Of a stretch of 52,370 nt of DNA, positions 37,414 through 47,874 are shown one piece after another; the first letter of the stretch is position 1, and every line of letters starts with the position of its first letter. Made by a program: the position numbers and the translations under genes. Under the pieces are notes generated by a model. The model worked only from the letters and a program-made list of their open reading frames with translations, searched no databases and was not told where the DNA came from. The DNA is from Aequorivita sp. Its GTDB lineage: Bacteria > Bacteroidota > Bacteroidia > Flavobacteriales > Flavobacteriaceae. Location: NCBI GenBank assembly GCA_035307265.1, contig DATGMT010000081.1, positions 1-52,370 on the forward strand. Reading direction: 5' to 3'.

Positions 37414-37923
37414 TTATTCAAATAAAGCTTTTAATTCGGTAGCTTCATTTGGCTTCATTTTGCCTGCTAAAACTAAGCTGAGTTGCTTTCTGCGAAGGGC
37501 TGCATCATATCTATTTCTTTCTATCTTTGTTTCGGGAATCAATTCCGGAACTTTAACTGGACTTCCCATTTCATCTACAGCTACAAACGTATAGATAGCT
37601 TCATTGGAAACACTGCGTTCGCCGCTTTCTCGGTCTTCGATATAAACGTCTAAAACGACTTCCATAGAGCTTTTAAATGCTCTGGAAATATTAGCTTCTA
37701 TTGTAACTACGCTTCCTAAAGGAATCATTTTATTAAATGCCACGTGGTTGACTGAAACCGTTACGACTATACGTCGGCTATGTCTGCGGGCTGCTATACT
37801 CGCTGCACGATCCATTCGTGCCAGAAGTTCGCCTCCAAACATATTACCTATTGGATTGGTCTCGCTAGGAAGTACAAGGTCTGTAACAATAGTTCTAGAG
37901 TTGCTAGGTGTTTTAGCTTTCAT
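37414..37923 (-). CDS. Acyl-CoA thioesterase (hotdog fold, YciA-like)
   Basis: PSETNPIGNMFGGELLARMD, VVTVSV, YTFVAVDE. Confidence 0.92.
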   Translation of the reverse strand: MKAKTPSNSRTIVTDLVLPSETNPIGNMFGGELLARMDRAASIAARRHSRRIVVTVSVNHVAFNKMIPLGSVVTIEANISRAFKSSMEVVLDVYIEDRESGERSVSNEAIYTFVAVDEMGSPVKVPELIPETKIERNRYDAALRRKQLSLVLAGKMKPNEATELKALFE

Positions 37924-37959
37924 GATAAGGATTTAGGGTTAAATACCTTTAGGATAGGA

Positions 37960-38889
37960 TTATTCAAGTTCTTTTACTAATAACCATGCATCAGCATTTT
38001 CTGTGCGCTGGATTTCTTGTAGTTTTTGTAATGCTTCTGTCCGATTTTCAAAGCTTGAATATAGTACTTGATATAGGCCGTATCTTGAAGGCTCAAGCAT
38101 TAATGGAGAATATCCTTGCTCTTGTAATTGCTCTACTTTTTTCTCGGCATTTTCTTCCATTCTAAAAGCTCCTGCAACAATATGGTAATTTCCTCTTTGT
38201 TTTGGAAGGTGAAGATTTAGAACTGGCAACGGATTTTCAATTACAAAAGTCGCCTCTTGAATTTGATTCTCGACTAATGAGTTTGCTTTTTGGCGCTCAG
38301 CAAAATTATACTGTTGAACCTGATCTTCATAGAATTTCATTCCACCAAAACCGCTAGCCATAATAGCTAAAATGCCAATTGCAGCATACTTGAGATAAGG
38401 CCTTGAGGTTTTTTTGTCTGAAGTTAAAACAATCGGAGTTTTTTCTTTGGTTTCTTCTTGAGTTTCCTCTCTTCTAACTTTCGGAGAAACAAAAGTTGAA
38501 AGTCCAAAAGCAGAAGTGCTAAAGTTTTGATTGGTTTCTGGTTCAAACTGAATTGCGCCTTCAGTATTCATTGAGAATTCACCTATATTCTTAAATGAAA
38601 CTACTTTTTCAGACTGAAGTTCGCCTAATAATTGAGCCGTGAATCTTCTAATTTTTTGAATTGCAACTTCATAGCTGCATTTCTCAACAGAGGCTACATA
38701 ATTAGCAAACAAACCGTCATTTGCTTGAAGTTGCCTGTTAAAAGAGATGGTTTTTGAAGGTGGATTAAACGTATTAGTGGTTTCGTCTATCCAAGCCGAT
38801 TGATTTCGAGTGAGAAACGCACCGAATCCTGGAACGATAACACACTCATAACGATATAGTAAGTCTGATATGTATGTAGAAAGTTGCAT
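37960..38889 (-). CDS. HU-like N-terminal domain / TM / SPOR domain protein; start revised to ATG 38889
   Basis: ISDLLYRYECVIVPGFGAF HU-like start, single TM, C-terminal YHIVAGAFR...AWLL SPOR domain. TAACTTTG -7 element at 38895-38902 (minus strand). Confidence 0.85.
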   Translation of the reverse strand: MQLSTYISDLLYRYECVIVPGFGAFLTRNQSAWIDETTNTFNPPSKTISFNRQLQANDGLFANYVASVEKCSYEVAIQKIRRFTAQLLGELQSEKVVSFKNIGEFSMNTEGAIQFEPETNQNFSTSAFGLSTFVSPKVRREETQEETKEKTPIVLTSDKKTSRPYLKYAAIGILAIMASGFGGMKFYEDQVQQYNFAERQKANSLVENQIQEATFVIENPLPVLNLHLPKQRGNYHIVAGAFRMEENAEKKVEQLQEQGYSPLMLEPSRYGLYQVLYSSFENRTEALQKLQEIQRTENADAWLLVKELE

Positions 38890-39002
38890 AAAAACAAAGT
38901 TAGCCTTTTTTAAATGCAATTCCATTCCTGATTTTGAAATTTATTAACAACAAAAATAGTTGTATTTTTAAACCTCTCCCCATAGCTTAAATTATTTATG
39001 TT

Positions 39003-40106
39003 ATGCTGTCGAAACTTGAATTGCAATATACGCTTGCATTACTCCGAACTCCTAGTTTAGGTGATATTTCCATCAAGAAACTAATCGGAAAAGTAGGCTC
39101 TGCCCAAGCAGTATTCAAAGAACGAAAATCTACTCTTGCCAAAATAGATGGGATTGGACTTGTACGACTAAAATCTTTTAACCCCAGTAGACAATTAGAT
39201 GAAGCAGAAGAGGAAATGCGTTTTATAGAAGATAATAAAATTGACTGCTACTATTTTCAAGATAAACACTACCCTGAAAAACTTAAGCATTGCATCGATG
39301 GTCCAATTATACTTTTTGGAAGAGGAAATATAGATTTGGTAGGTAAAAGAATCATTAGTATAGTTGGAACTCGTAAAATAACTAGTTATGGTAGGGCTTT
39401 TTGTCATGAATTAATTGAAGAGCTTGCGCCTCTCAACCCTGTAATAGTGTCTGGATTAGCATACGGAGTAGATATTTGTTCACATAGAAAAGCTTTAGAT
39501 TTAGGTCTTCAAACGGTTGCTTGTCTTGCACACGGGCTAAATCAGATATATCCTAAAAGTCATGAAAAATACGCTAAAAAAATAGAAGAAAACGGTGGGT
39601 TTTTAACCGAGTTCTGGAGCTCCGATACCTTTGATAGAAATAACTTTTTAAGAAGAAATCGTGTTATCGCAGGTCTTTCCGAAGCTACCATCGTTATAGA
39701 GTCTGCCGAAAAGGGTGGAAGTCTTGTAACTGCCGATATTGCTAATTCATACAATCGTGAAGTTTTTGCCGTTCCTGGCCGAGCTACAGACTCTCAAAGC
39801 CGAGGATGCAACGACTTAATAAAATATCAAAAAGCCCATGTGCTTACAAATGCAGCCGATATTGTTTACCACTTGGGTTGGGAGATAAATGAAATCAAAA
39901 AACCACAACAAACTCAGCTTTTTGTTGAACTCGATGAGCAGGAGAAAGTGATATTCGAATTTCTAAAAGACAAAGAGAAAGAATTACTTGATATAATTGC
40001 CTTAGAATGTAATTTACCTGTATTCAAAACAGCAAGTATATTAATGAATATGGAATTAAAAGGCGTGGTTCGTCCTCTTCCCGGAAAATTGTTCCAGTTA
40101 GTGTAA
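39003..40106 (+). CDS. dprA: DNA-processing protein DprA
   Basis: SIVGTR, VSGLAYGVD, FLRRNRVIAGLS, GGSLVTA, VFAVPG, C-terminal winged helix. Confidence 0.96.
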   Translation: MLSKLELQYTLALLRTPSLGDISIKKLIGKVGSAQAVFKERKSTLAKIDGIGLVRLKSFNPSRQLDEAEEEMRFIEDNKIDCYYFQDKHYPEKLKHCIDGPIILFGRGNIDLVGKRIISIVGTRKITSYGRAFCHELIEELAPLNPVIVSGLAYGVDICSHRKALDLGLQTVACLAHGLNQIYPKSHEKYAKKIEENGGFLTEFWSSDTFDRNNFLRRNRVIAGLSEATIVIESAEKGGSLVTADIANSYNREVFAVPGRATDSQSRGCNDLIKYQKAHVLTNAADIVYHLGWEINEIKKPQQTQLFVELDEQEKVIFEFLKDKEKELLDIIALECNLPVFKTASILMNMELKGVVRPLPGKLFQLV

Positions 40107-40215
40107 CCTTCAGTAAACTCATTCGATTTTCAATGGATTCAAATAAGTTTCAAGAGGAATAATTTCCCTTCCAAATCATTTCAGATAAAACCGACAATCC
40201 AGTATCTTTGAGGTT

Positions 40216-42018
40216 ATGTCTAATGAGTCAGTTACACTTCAAGTTTCTACCTTGCCCAACTCTCCAGGAGTGTATCAATATTATGATAAAAATGAAAAAC
40301 TCCTATATGTTGGTAAGGCGAAAGATTTAAAAAAAAGAGTTTCTTCATATTTCACCAAGACCCATGACAATAATCGAACGCGAATTCTTGTAAAGAAAAT
40401 CGCAACTATTAGGCATATTGTTGTGGAGACAGAAACAGATGCTCTTTTGTTAGAAAACAACCTAATCAAAAAATATCAGCCTCGATATAATGTGTTGTTG
40501 AAAGATGATAAGAGCTATCCGTGGATTTGCATTGAAAATGAACCTTTTCCTCGAGTGTTTACAACTCGAAGAATGATTCGTGATGGTTCTGAATACTATG
40601 GGCCCTATACAAGTATGAAAACTGTTCATGTATTGATGGAGCTTATTCGGGGGCTGTATCCGCTTCGATCTTGTAATTTTGATTTGTCACAAAAAAACAT
40701 AAAAGCAGGTAAGTTTAAGGTTTGCTTGGAATATCACTTAGGCAATTGCTTAGGACCTTGTGAAGATTTGTTTTCCGAAGAAGGTTACATGGAAAATATA
40801 GAAGCGATTAGAAATATAATCAAAGGGAATTTTAAAGATTCTCTCCATAATTTCAAGTCTCAAATGAAACAGTTGGCAGCCGATTTAAAATTTGAAGAAG
40901 CCCAGCGGATAAAAGAGAAAATCGACATTCTTGAGAATTATCAATCAAGATCTACAGTGGTTAACCCCAAGATAAATAATGTAGACGTTTTTTCTATAAT
41001 ATCAGACGAGAGTTACGCTTACGTTAATTTCCTTCAAATTTCACATGGGGCGATTATTCGTTCACACACTTTGGAACTTAAAAAGAAGCTCGATGAAACA
41101 GATGAAGAGCTGTTGCAATTAGCTATTGTAGAGCTTCGTCAACGTTTTAACTTGCTCTCTAAAGAGGTTTATGTTCCGTTTGAAGTGGAAATTGGAGAAG
41201 GTATTAAAGTGCATGTTCCTAAACTTGGAGACAAGAAACACATTCTTGATTTGTCTGAAAGAAACGCCAAATACTTCAGAATGGAGCGTTTTAAACAAGC
41301 TAAAATCGTTGATCCAGAGCGTCATCAAAAACGAATTATGGCACAGATGAAAAAAGACCTCCGATTATCTGAAGAGCCACGCCACATTGAGTGTTTTGAC
41401 AATAGCAATATTCAAGGGACCAACCCTGTTGCGGCTTGTGTAGTGTTTAAAAACGGAAAGCCGAGTAAAAAAGATTATAGAAAGTTCAATATAAAATCTG
41501 TTGAAGGTCCAAACGACTTTGCCTCAATGGAAGAGGTGGTTTATCGTCGTTATAAAAGATTGTTAGAAAAAGAAGAGCCATTGCCTCAACTAATTGTTGT
41601 TGACGGTGGAAAAGGGCAACTTTCATCTGCTTTAAAGAGTCTGGAGCGTTTAGACTTGCGTGGCAAGATTGCTATAATTGCAATTGCAGAACGTCTTGAG
41701 GAAATCTTCTATCCCGGCGACCCTATTCCTTTATATCTTGATAAGAAGAGTGAGACTTTAAAGATAATTCAACAACTTCGGAATGAGGCGCATCGTTTTG
41801 GTCTTACTTTTCATAGAAGCAAACGAAGCAAACAAGCTTTAGGAACCGAATTAGAAACAATTCTAGGTATTGGTGAAAAGACTGTAACAGAATTACTTCG
41901 ACACTTTAAAAGTAAAAAACGAATAGCTGAAGCTAGTTTTGATGAGCTTTCAAAAGTAGTTGGTGCGAGCCGAGCGAAAAAAATAGTTGTGTATTTTCAG
42001 AATACCGAAAAATCGTGA
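40216..42018 (+). CDS. uvrC: Excinuclease ABC subunit C
   Basis: PGVY...YVGKAKDLKKRV GIY-YIG, IECFDNS, VDGGKGQ, RNEAHRF, HhH GIGEK. Confidence 0.98.
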   Translation: MSNESVTLQVSTLPNSPGVYQYYDKNEKLLYVGKAKDLKKRVSSYFTKTHDNNRTRILVKKIATIRHIVVETETDALLLENNLIKKYQPRYNVLLKDDKSYPWICIENEPFPRVFTTRRMIRDGSEYYGPYTSMKTVHVLMELIRGLYPLRSCNFDLSQKNIKAGKFKVCLEYHLGNCLGPCEDLFSEEGYMENIEAIRNIIKGNFKDSLHNFKSQMKQLAADLKFEEAQRIKEKIDILENYQSRSTVVNPKINNVDVFSIISDESYAYVNFLQISHGAIIRSHTLELKKKLDETDEELLQLAIVELRQRFNLLSKEVYVPFEVEIGEGIKVHVPKLGDKKHILDLSERNAKYFRMERFKQAKIVDPERHQKRIMAQMKKDLRLSEEPRHIECFDNSNIQGTNPVAACVVFKNGKPSKKDYRKFNIKSVEGPNDFASMEEVVYRRYKRLLEKEEPLPQLIVVDGGKGQLSSALKSLERLDLRGKIAIIAIAERLEEIFYPGDPIPLYLDKKSETLKIIQQLRNEAHRFGLTFHRSKRSKQALGTELETILGIGEKTVTELLRHFKSKKRIAEASFDELSKVVGASRAKKIVVYFQNTEKS

Positions 42019-42087
42019 AAAATAGAAATAGATAAACACTTAAGTTTTGAAGAAATACGTTAACTTTAAGAAAATGAAACCTATTGC

Positions 42088-44322
42088 ATGAAAAAAATAT
42101 TGTACATAGTATTCATATTGATTACTTCTTTTTCTTTCTCACAAAAAAAGCAGTCTGATGATCTCAAAGTTGGATTAGTACTAAGTGGAGGAGGGGCAAA
42201 AGGACTAGCGCATATTGGTGCTTTAAAAGTCATAGAAGAGTCTGGAGTTCGGATAGATTATATTGGTGGAACTAGTATGGGAGCAATAATTGGAGCATTG
42301 TATGCTTCGGGATATTCTGCCAAACAGTTGGATAGTATTTTTTCTGAAACTGATTTCAGTACATTAATACAAGATGAAATTCCAAGAAGATCTAAAACGT
42401 TTTATGAGAAACAAGAAGCAGAAAAATATGCAGTGTCTTTGCCCTTTGAAAACTTTAAGGTAGGGCTCCCTTCAGGACTTTCTAAAGGGCAGAACGTGTA
42501 TAACCTCCTTTCAAAACTTACTTCACATGTAAGTGAGATTTCAGATTTCAGCAAACTACCAATCCCGTTTTTTTGTATAGCAACCGATGTTGAAACCGGA
42601 AATGAAATCATGCTGGATCATGGTTATTTGCCACGTGCAGTAACAGCAAGTGGTGCTTTGCCTTCAATACTTAGCCCCGTAATTATAAATGACACAGTTT
42701 TGATCGATGGTGGTGTCGTAAACAATTATCCAATCAAGGAAGTGCGTGCAAAAGGAATGGATAAAATTATAGGCATAGACGTACAGGATGATCTAAAGGA
42801 TCGAGATCATTTACAGTCGGCATTTCGAATCTTGATGCAAATAAATAACTTCCGGACCACTAGTGATATGGTTAAAAAACGGAAAGAAACAGACATTTAT
42901 ATACAGCCAGATATTCGAGATTTTTCGGTAGTGTCTTTTGAAGAAGGACGGAAAATAATAGAGTCAGGTGTCGAAAATGCTGAGAAGTTTAAAGATGAGC
43001 TCGAAAAGTTAGCTAGTCAACAAAAGGGCTCGGTTCAAAAAGAAGTGACGATTAAAAAGGTAGATTCTGTATATATCAATGATGTAGCAATTTTAGGAAA
43101 TACTAAATACACCCGAAGCTATATAATGGCGAAATTGAAACTTCGCCCACCTGTAAAGCTTAGTTATGCAGATTTTGGAGAAGGAATCAATAACCTTTCT
43201 GCAACTGGCAATTTTCAAAGTATTGACTATCGTTTCGTTCCACAAGAAGATGAAGGGATGAAACTTGAAGTAAATGTAAGAGAAAACAATTCGCAAATGT
43301 TTTTGCGTTTTGCAGTTCATTACGATAAGTTGTTTAGCACGGCAGCATTAGTAAATGTTACAAGAAAAAGGTTGTTAACAAATAATGACATAGCCTCCTT
43401 AGATCTAATAGTGGGTGATAATTTACGCTATAACTTCGAGTACTATATCGATAAAGGATACTACTGGAGTGTAGGCTTTAATTCAAAATATCATTTTTTT
43501 GACACAGAAGTGCCATTAGATTTTGTTGGGGTAGATACCGTAGATGAATTTTCGCTACCTATAAATAATATAACGATAAATTACAGTGACTTTACCAATC
43601 AACTCTATGTAGAAACTTTAGTCAGAAAAATGTTTGTTTTAGGGATTGGTGGAGAACACAAATATCTTCGTTATCTATCTGAAACTATAGGAACCGACAG
43701 TAATAATCTGCCTCGAACAGTCTTTGAAAGTACGAACTACTATAGTGGCTTTGGATATTTAAAGTATGATAGTTACGATAATAGCTTTTTTCCTTCAAAA
43801 GGAGTATATTTCTTAGGAGACTTTCATTGGTATCTTTTCTCGCACGGACGAAATAAAGATTTTTCACCCTTCTCTATCGCTAAAGCAAACATGGGATATG
43901 CATTCTCTCCTTTGAAAAAATTTTCAATTAATCTGAAAGCTGAAGGAGGATTTAAACTTGGAGGAACCGAGTCAACTCCATTAGATTTTGCTCTTGGCGG
44001 ATATGGATTTAAAGAAATGAATAATATCGTTCCTTTTTTAGGCTATGAGGCTATTTCTTTGCGTGGTAATACTTTCCTTAAGGCTACTGCAAACTTTGAT
44101 TATGAAGTGTTTAAAAACAACCATATAAATGCTGGAGTTAATATTGCGAATGTTGGTAACGACTTATTTGAAACAGGAAAGTGGATAGATAGAATTGCGC
44201 ATACTGCTTTTTATGCAGGATATGGATTAGAGACTCTACTCGGGCCAATGGAGTTAAAATACTCTTATTCTCCTGAAAGAAATGAGAGTGAATGGTATGT
44301 AGCATTAGGCTATAGGTTTTAA
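42088..44322 (+). CDS. Patatin-like phospholipase with POTRA and C-terminal beta-barrel (PlpD-like)
   Basis: Signal peptide, SGGGAKG, GTSMG, DGG, POTRA-like segment (GNTKYTRSYI...VRE), terminal ALGYRF. Confidence 0.88.
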   Translation: MKKILYIVFILITSFSFSQKKQSDDLKVGLVLSGGGAKGLAHIGALKVIEESGVRIDYIGGTSMGAIIGALYASGYSAKQLDSIFSETDFSTLIQDEIPRRSKTFYEKQEAEKYAVSLPFENFKVGLPSGLSKGQNVYNLLSKLTSHVSEISDFSKLPIPFFCIATDVETGNEIMLDHGYLPRAVTASGALPSILSPVIINDTVLIDGGVVNNYPIKEVRAKGMDKIIGIDVQDDLKDRDHLQSAFRILMQINNFRTTSDMVKKRKETDIYIQPDIRDFSVVSFEEGRKIIESGVENAEKFKDELEKLASQQKGSVQKEVTIKKVDSVYINDVAILGNTKYTRSYIMAKLKLRPPVKLSYADFGEGINNLSATGNFQSIDYRFVPQEDEGMKLEVNVRENNSQMFLRFAVHYDKLFSTAALVNVTRKRLLTNNDIASLDLIVGDNLRYNFEYYIDKGYYWSVGFNSKYHFFDTEVPLDFVGVDTVDEFSLPINNITINYSDFTNQLYVETLVRKMFVLGIGGEHKYLRYLSETIGTDSNNLPRTVFESTNYYSGFGYLKYDSYDNSFFPSKGVYFLGDFHWYLFSHGRNKDFSPFSIAKANMGYAFSPLKKFSINLKAEGGFKLGGTESTPLDFALGGYGFKEMNNIVPFLGYEAISLRGNTFLKATANFDYEVFKNNHINAGVNIANVGNDLFETGKWIDRIAHTAFYAGYGLETLLGPMELKYSYSPERNESEWYVALGYRF

Positions 44323-44455
44323 AATAACTTAGCTCACAATACCACAATATTTTTCCGATATTTGTAGCAAGTACATTATTGAGTTAATAGTTATAGAACT
44401 TAATAGAGGCGTTTGTAGCTAACTACTAACGTAAAACCCATTTAATAAAAAGATT

Positions 44456-45616
44456 ATGCCATTTTATCATTCCCTTGGAAAAATTCCTCCTAAACGCCAC
44501 ACTCAGTTCCGAAAACCAGATGGGAGTTTATATTCTGAACAGCTTTTTGGAACAGTAGGTTTTGATGGTATGTATAGCAACATATATCACGAGCATAGAC
44601 CAACACAGGTTAAAGAGATATTAAAGCAATACAGCGTTGCTCCAAAAATTGCTTCGGCTAATAACTTGCATTCTCTTCGTCTAAAAGGATTTCAAGTGAT
44701 ACCTGAGAATGACTTTTTAGATAGCCGAAAAACCGTGCTTACAAATAGTGATTGCAGTATTGTTCTAGCTGCTCCTAAAAAATCTTTAAAAGATTATTTC
44801 TATAAAAACACAGATTCAGACGAACTAATATTTATTCATAGAGGAAGTGGGAAATTACGTACTTTCCTTGGGAATATTGATTTTAAATATGGTGATTATC
44901 TCATTATCCCACGAGGAATTATTTATCAGTTAGAATTTGACAATGAAGACAATAGGTTGTTTATCCTAGAATCTCGCCAACCTATTTATACGCCAAAGCG
45001 TTATAGAAATTGGTTTGGTCAGTTGCTCGAGCATTCTCCATATTGTGAACGCGACATTCGTAAGCCAAATATGCTAGAAACACACAATGAAAAGGGAGAT
45101 TTCCTGATGAAAGTAAAGAAGAATGGAGAAATCTTTGAAATGGTATATGCTACTCACCCTTTCGATGTGGTTGGCTATGATGGATATAACTATCCTTATG
45201 CTTTTTCAATTCATGATTTTGAGCCTATAACAGGGAGAATTCATCAACCACCTCCAGTGCACCAAACATTCGAAACTACGGCTCTAGTGGTGTGTAGTTT
45301 TGTGCCGCGTTTGTATGATTATCACCCAGACAGTATTCCTGCACCATACAATCATAGCAATATAGATAGCGATGAGGTGTTGTATTATGTAGATGGCGAT
45401 TTTATGAGTAGAAATGATATTGAGGCAGGACAGATAACACTTCATCCAGCTGGAATTGTTCACGGGCCACACCCAGGTGCAGCCGAACGCAGCATTGGAA
45501 AAACAAGTACAGAAGAGTTAGCCGTAATGGTCGATACGTTTAAACCATTACAAGTAACAGAGGATGGAATGAAGATCAGCGACGGCACCTACTATCAAAG
45601 CTGGTTCGAGGAGTAG
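44456..45616 (+). CDS. hmgA: Homogentisate 1,2-dioxygenase
   Basis: HPFDVVGYDG, HQPPPVH, CSFVPR, PYNHSNIDSDE, HGPHP, ELAVMVDT; adjacent to hppD. Confidence 0.93.
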   Translation: MPFYHSLGKIPPKRHTQFRKPDGSLYSEQLFGTVGFDGMYSNIYHEHRPTQVKEILKQYSVAPKIASANNLHSLRLKGFQVIPENDFLDSRKTVLTNSDCSIVLAAPKKSLKDYFYKNTDSDELIFIHRGSGKLRTFLGNIDFKYGDYLIIPRGIIYQLEFDNEDNRLFILESRQPIYTPKRYRNWFGQLLEHSPYCERDIRKPNMLETHNEKGDFLMKVKKNGEIFEMVYATHPFDVVGYDGYNYPYAFSIHDFEPITGRIHQPPPVHQTFETTALVVCSFVPRLYDYHPDSIPAPYNHSNIDSDEVLYYVDGDFMSRNDIEAGQITLHPAGIVHGPHPGAAERSIGKTSTEELAVMVDTFKPLQVTEDGMKISDGTYYQSWFEE

Positions 45617-45763
45617 ACATTATTAAAGAAACTTAGTGAATTGACTCAAAGTCAGGATTCTAAGTTAGAGTGTTAGTATAAATAAAAAGAATTAATATAA
45701 ATTGAAAAATTAGTTGGATTAAGTTTTCTAATCTGCTAATCAATAAATTAACTAATTAAAATT

Positions 45764-46924
45764 ATGAGTAAAGAAGTGAAATCAGTCGAGTATGGACTCG
45801 AGAAAATTTTTGAAGGAGCACAAGACTTCCTTCCTTTGTTAGGGACAGATTACATAGAGTTCTATGTTGGAAACGCAAAACAGTCTGCTCATTATTATAA
45901 AACTGCTTTCGGTTTTCAATCCTATGCTTATAAAGGACTGGAAACAGGATCAAAAGATGAGGTGAGCTATGTTCTAAAACAAGATAAAATTACCTTGGTT
46001 CTAACAACTCCACTGAATAGTAAATCGCCCATCAACGATCATATTGTAAAGCATGGTGATGGAGTTAAAGTTATTGCCCTTTGGGTAGAAGATGCTCGTA
46101 GCGCTTTTGAAGAAACCACCAAACGTGGTGCAAAACCTTATATGGAGCCTACAGTAGAAAAAGATGAACATGGAGAAGTAGTTCGAAGTGGAATTTATAC
46201 CTATGGTGAAACTGTTCATATTTTCGTAGAAAGAAAGAACTATAAAGGAACATTCCTTCCAGGCTTTAGAGAGTGGAAAAGTGATTACAACCCTACTTCT
46301 ACTGGATTGAAATATATAGACCACGTAGTAGGGAATGTAGACTGGGGTCAAATGAATAAATGGGTGAATTGGTATGAAGAGGTTATGGGCTTTGTAAATT
46401 TCCTGTCATTTGATGATAAGCAAATTCACACCGAATACTCTGCATTGATGAGTAAAGTGATGAGTAATGGTAATGGTCGAATTAAATTCCCAATTAACGA
46501 ACCCGCCAAAGGAGCTAAGAAATCACAGATAGAAGAATATTTAGACTTCTTTGAAGGAGAAGGTGTGCAACATTTAGCAGTTACTACAGATGATATAGTT
46601 AATACAGTTGCTCAATTAAAAGAAAGAGGTGTTGAATTCTTGCCACCTCCACCACAGGCTTACTACGATGATATTCCAAGAAGATTGGGGGATCATATGA
46701 AAATAATGAAAGAAGATATTAAAGAACTTCAAAAGCACTCAATACTTGTTGATGCTGATGAAGAAGGGTATCTGCTTCAAATATTTACAAAGCCAGTTGT
46801 AGACAGACCAACTCTTTTCTTCGAAATCATTCAAAGAATGGGAGCTAAAGGATTTGGTGCTGGAAACTTCAAAGCGCTTTTTGAGTCGATTGAACGTGAA
46901 CAAGCACAACGTGGAACTCTATAA
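45764..46924 (+). CDS. hppD: 4-hydroxyphenylpyruvate dioxygenase
   Basis: HGDGVK, IDHVVGN, KFPINEP, SQIEEYL, GVQHLA, LLQIFTKP, FFEIIQR, GFGAGNFKALFESIE. Confidence 0.97.
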   Translation: MSKEVKSVEYGLEKIFEGAQDFLPLLGTDYIEFYVGNAKQSAHYYKTAFGFQSYAYKGLETGSKDEVSYVLKQDKITLVLTTPLNSKSPINDHIVKHGDGVKVIALWVEDARSAFEETTKRGAKPYMEPTVEKDEHGEVVRSGIYTYGETVHIFVERKNYKGTFLPGFREWKSDYNPTSTGLKYIDHVVGNVDWGQMNKWVNWYEEVMGFVNFLSFDDKQIHTEYSALMSKVMSNGNGRIKFPINEPAKGAKKSQIEEYLDFFEGEGVQHLAVTTDDIVNTVAQLKERGVEFLPPPPQAYYDDIPRRLGDHMKIMKEDIKELQKHSILVDADEEGYLLQIFTKPVVDRPTLFFEIIQRMGAKGFGAGNFKALFESIEREQAQRGTL

Positions 46925-46936
46925 TTAAAATTAAAC

Positions 46937-46994
46937 AGATGACATAGGGATGGAAATACTGCAAATATTATTTCTATACCTGTGTCGTCTTTTT
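46937..46994 (+). terminator. Long hairpin terminator after hppD
   Basis: AGATGACATAGG-G-ATGGAAATA / TATTTCTAT-A-CCTGTGTCGTCT stem with G-U pairs, followed by a T-run. Confidence 0.65.
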
Positions 46995-47073
46995 ATATAT
47001 TTCTTAAGTTGAATTATTTTTTGGAACGCTAATTGTAAATTACTACATGCAAATGAATAAATAGAAATTTACT

Positions 47074-47841
47074 ATGAAAAAGCACTTATTGCTATTGTTC
47101 CTGTTTTCAACTACAATCCTCACTGCTCAAAAGCAAGCTTATGGGGCTGGAGAGTGGTTTAAGTTTAGAGTTCATTATGGGTTTGTAACTGCTGGTTACG
47201 CAACTCTTGAAGTGAAAGACGCTAAGCTTAAGGGAATGGATGTATATCATGTTAAAGGCTATGGAGAAACTGTTGGAGTTTCAAAATGGTTTTTTAAAGT
47301 TGAAGATGACTATCAAAGCTATATAGATAAGGAAAAAAATATTCCCTATAGATTCATAAGAGATATAGATGAAGGTGGTTACACCAAGGATATTCAGGTT
47401 GATTTTAATCACGACACAAATAAAGCAACAGTTTTTGATAAGAAACACAATGAAACGTCAGTTTTGTCGTTCGAAGAAGATACGCAGGACATGGTATCTG
47501 CTTTTTATTATCTTCGCAATAATTTAGATACTAAAAATATCAAAGAAGGTGAAGTGGTGGAAATCAACATGTTTTTTGATAAAGAGAACTTTAAGTTTCG
47601 TTTAAAGTTTATTGGTAGAGAAGTATTAAAGACAAATTTTGGTCGTGTTCCTACATTAATTTTTAGACCTTATGTGCAATCTGGTCGTGTGTTTAAAGAA
47701 AAAGAAAGTTTAACAGTTTGGATAAGTGATGATGACAATAAAATACCATTACTTATAAAAGCTGATTTAGCTGTAGGATCGTTAAAGGCAACTTTAACAG
47801 AATTCAAAGGCCTGCAGCATTCTTTTAAAATATTATTTTAA
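47074..47841 (+). CDS. DUF3108-like exported protein
   Basis: Signal peptide, GEW.KFRVHYG, DMVSAFYYLR, VWISDD.NKIP; typical position after hppD. Confidence 0.8.
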   Translation: MKKHLLLLFLFSTTILTAQKQAYGAGEWFKFRVHYGFVTAGYATLEVKDAKLKGMDVYHVKGYGETVGVSKWFFKVEDDYQSYIDKEKNIPYRFIRDIDEGGYTKDIQVDFNHDTNKATVFDKKHNETSVLSFEEDTQDMVSAFYYLRNNLDTKNIKEGEVVEINMFFDKENFKFRLKFIGREVLKTNFGRVPTLIFRPYVQSGRVFKEKESLTVWISDDDNKIPLLIKADLAVGSLKATLTEFKGLQHSFKILF

Positions 47842-47874
47842 ATAGTTTTTTTAATTGTTGAAATCCCCGAAAAA

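Noticed and set aside
44376-44445. Degenerate short repeats upstream of hmgA as a CRISPR or tandem array
   Set aside because: No constant repeat-spacer periodicity and no cas genes in the window.
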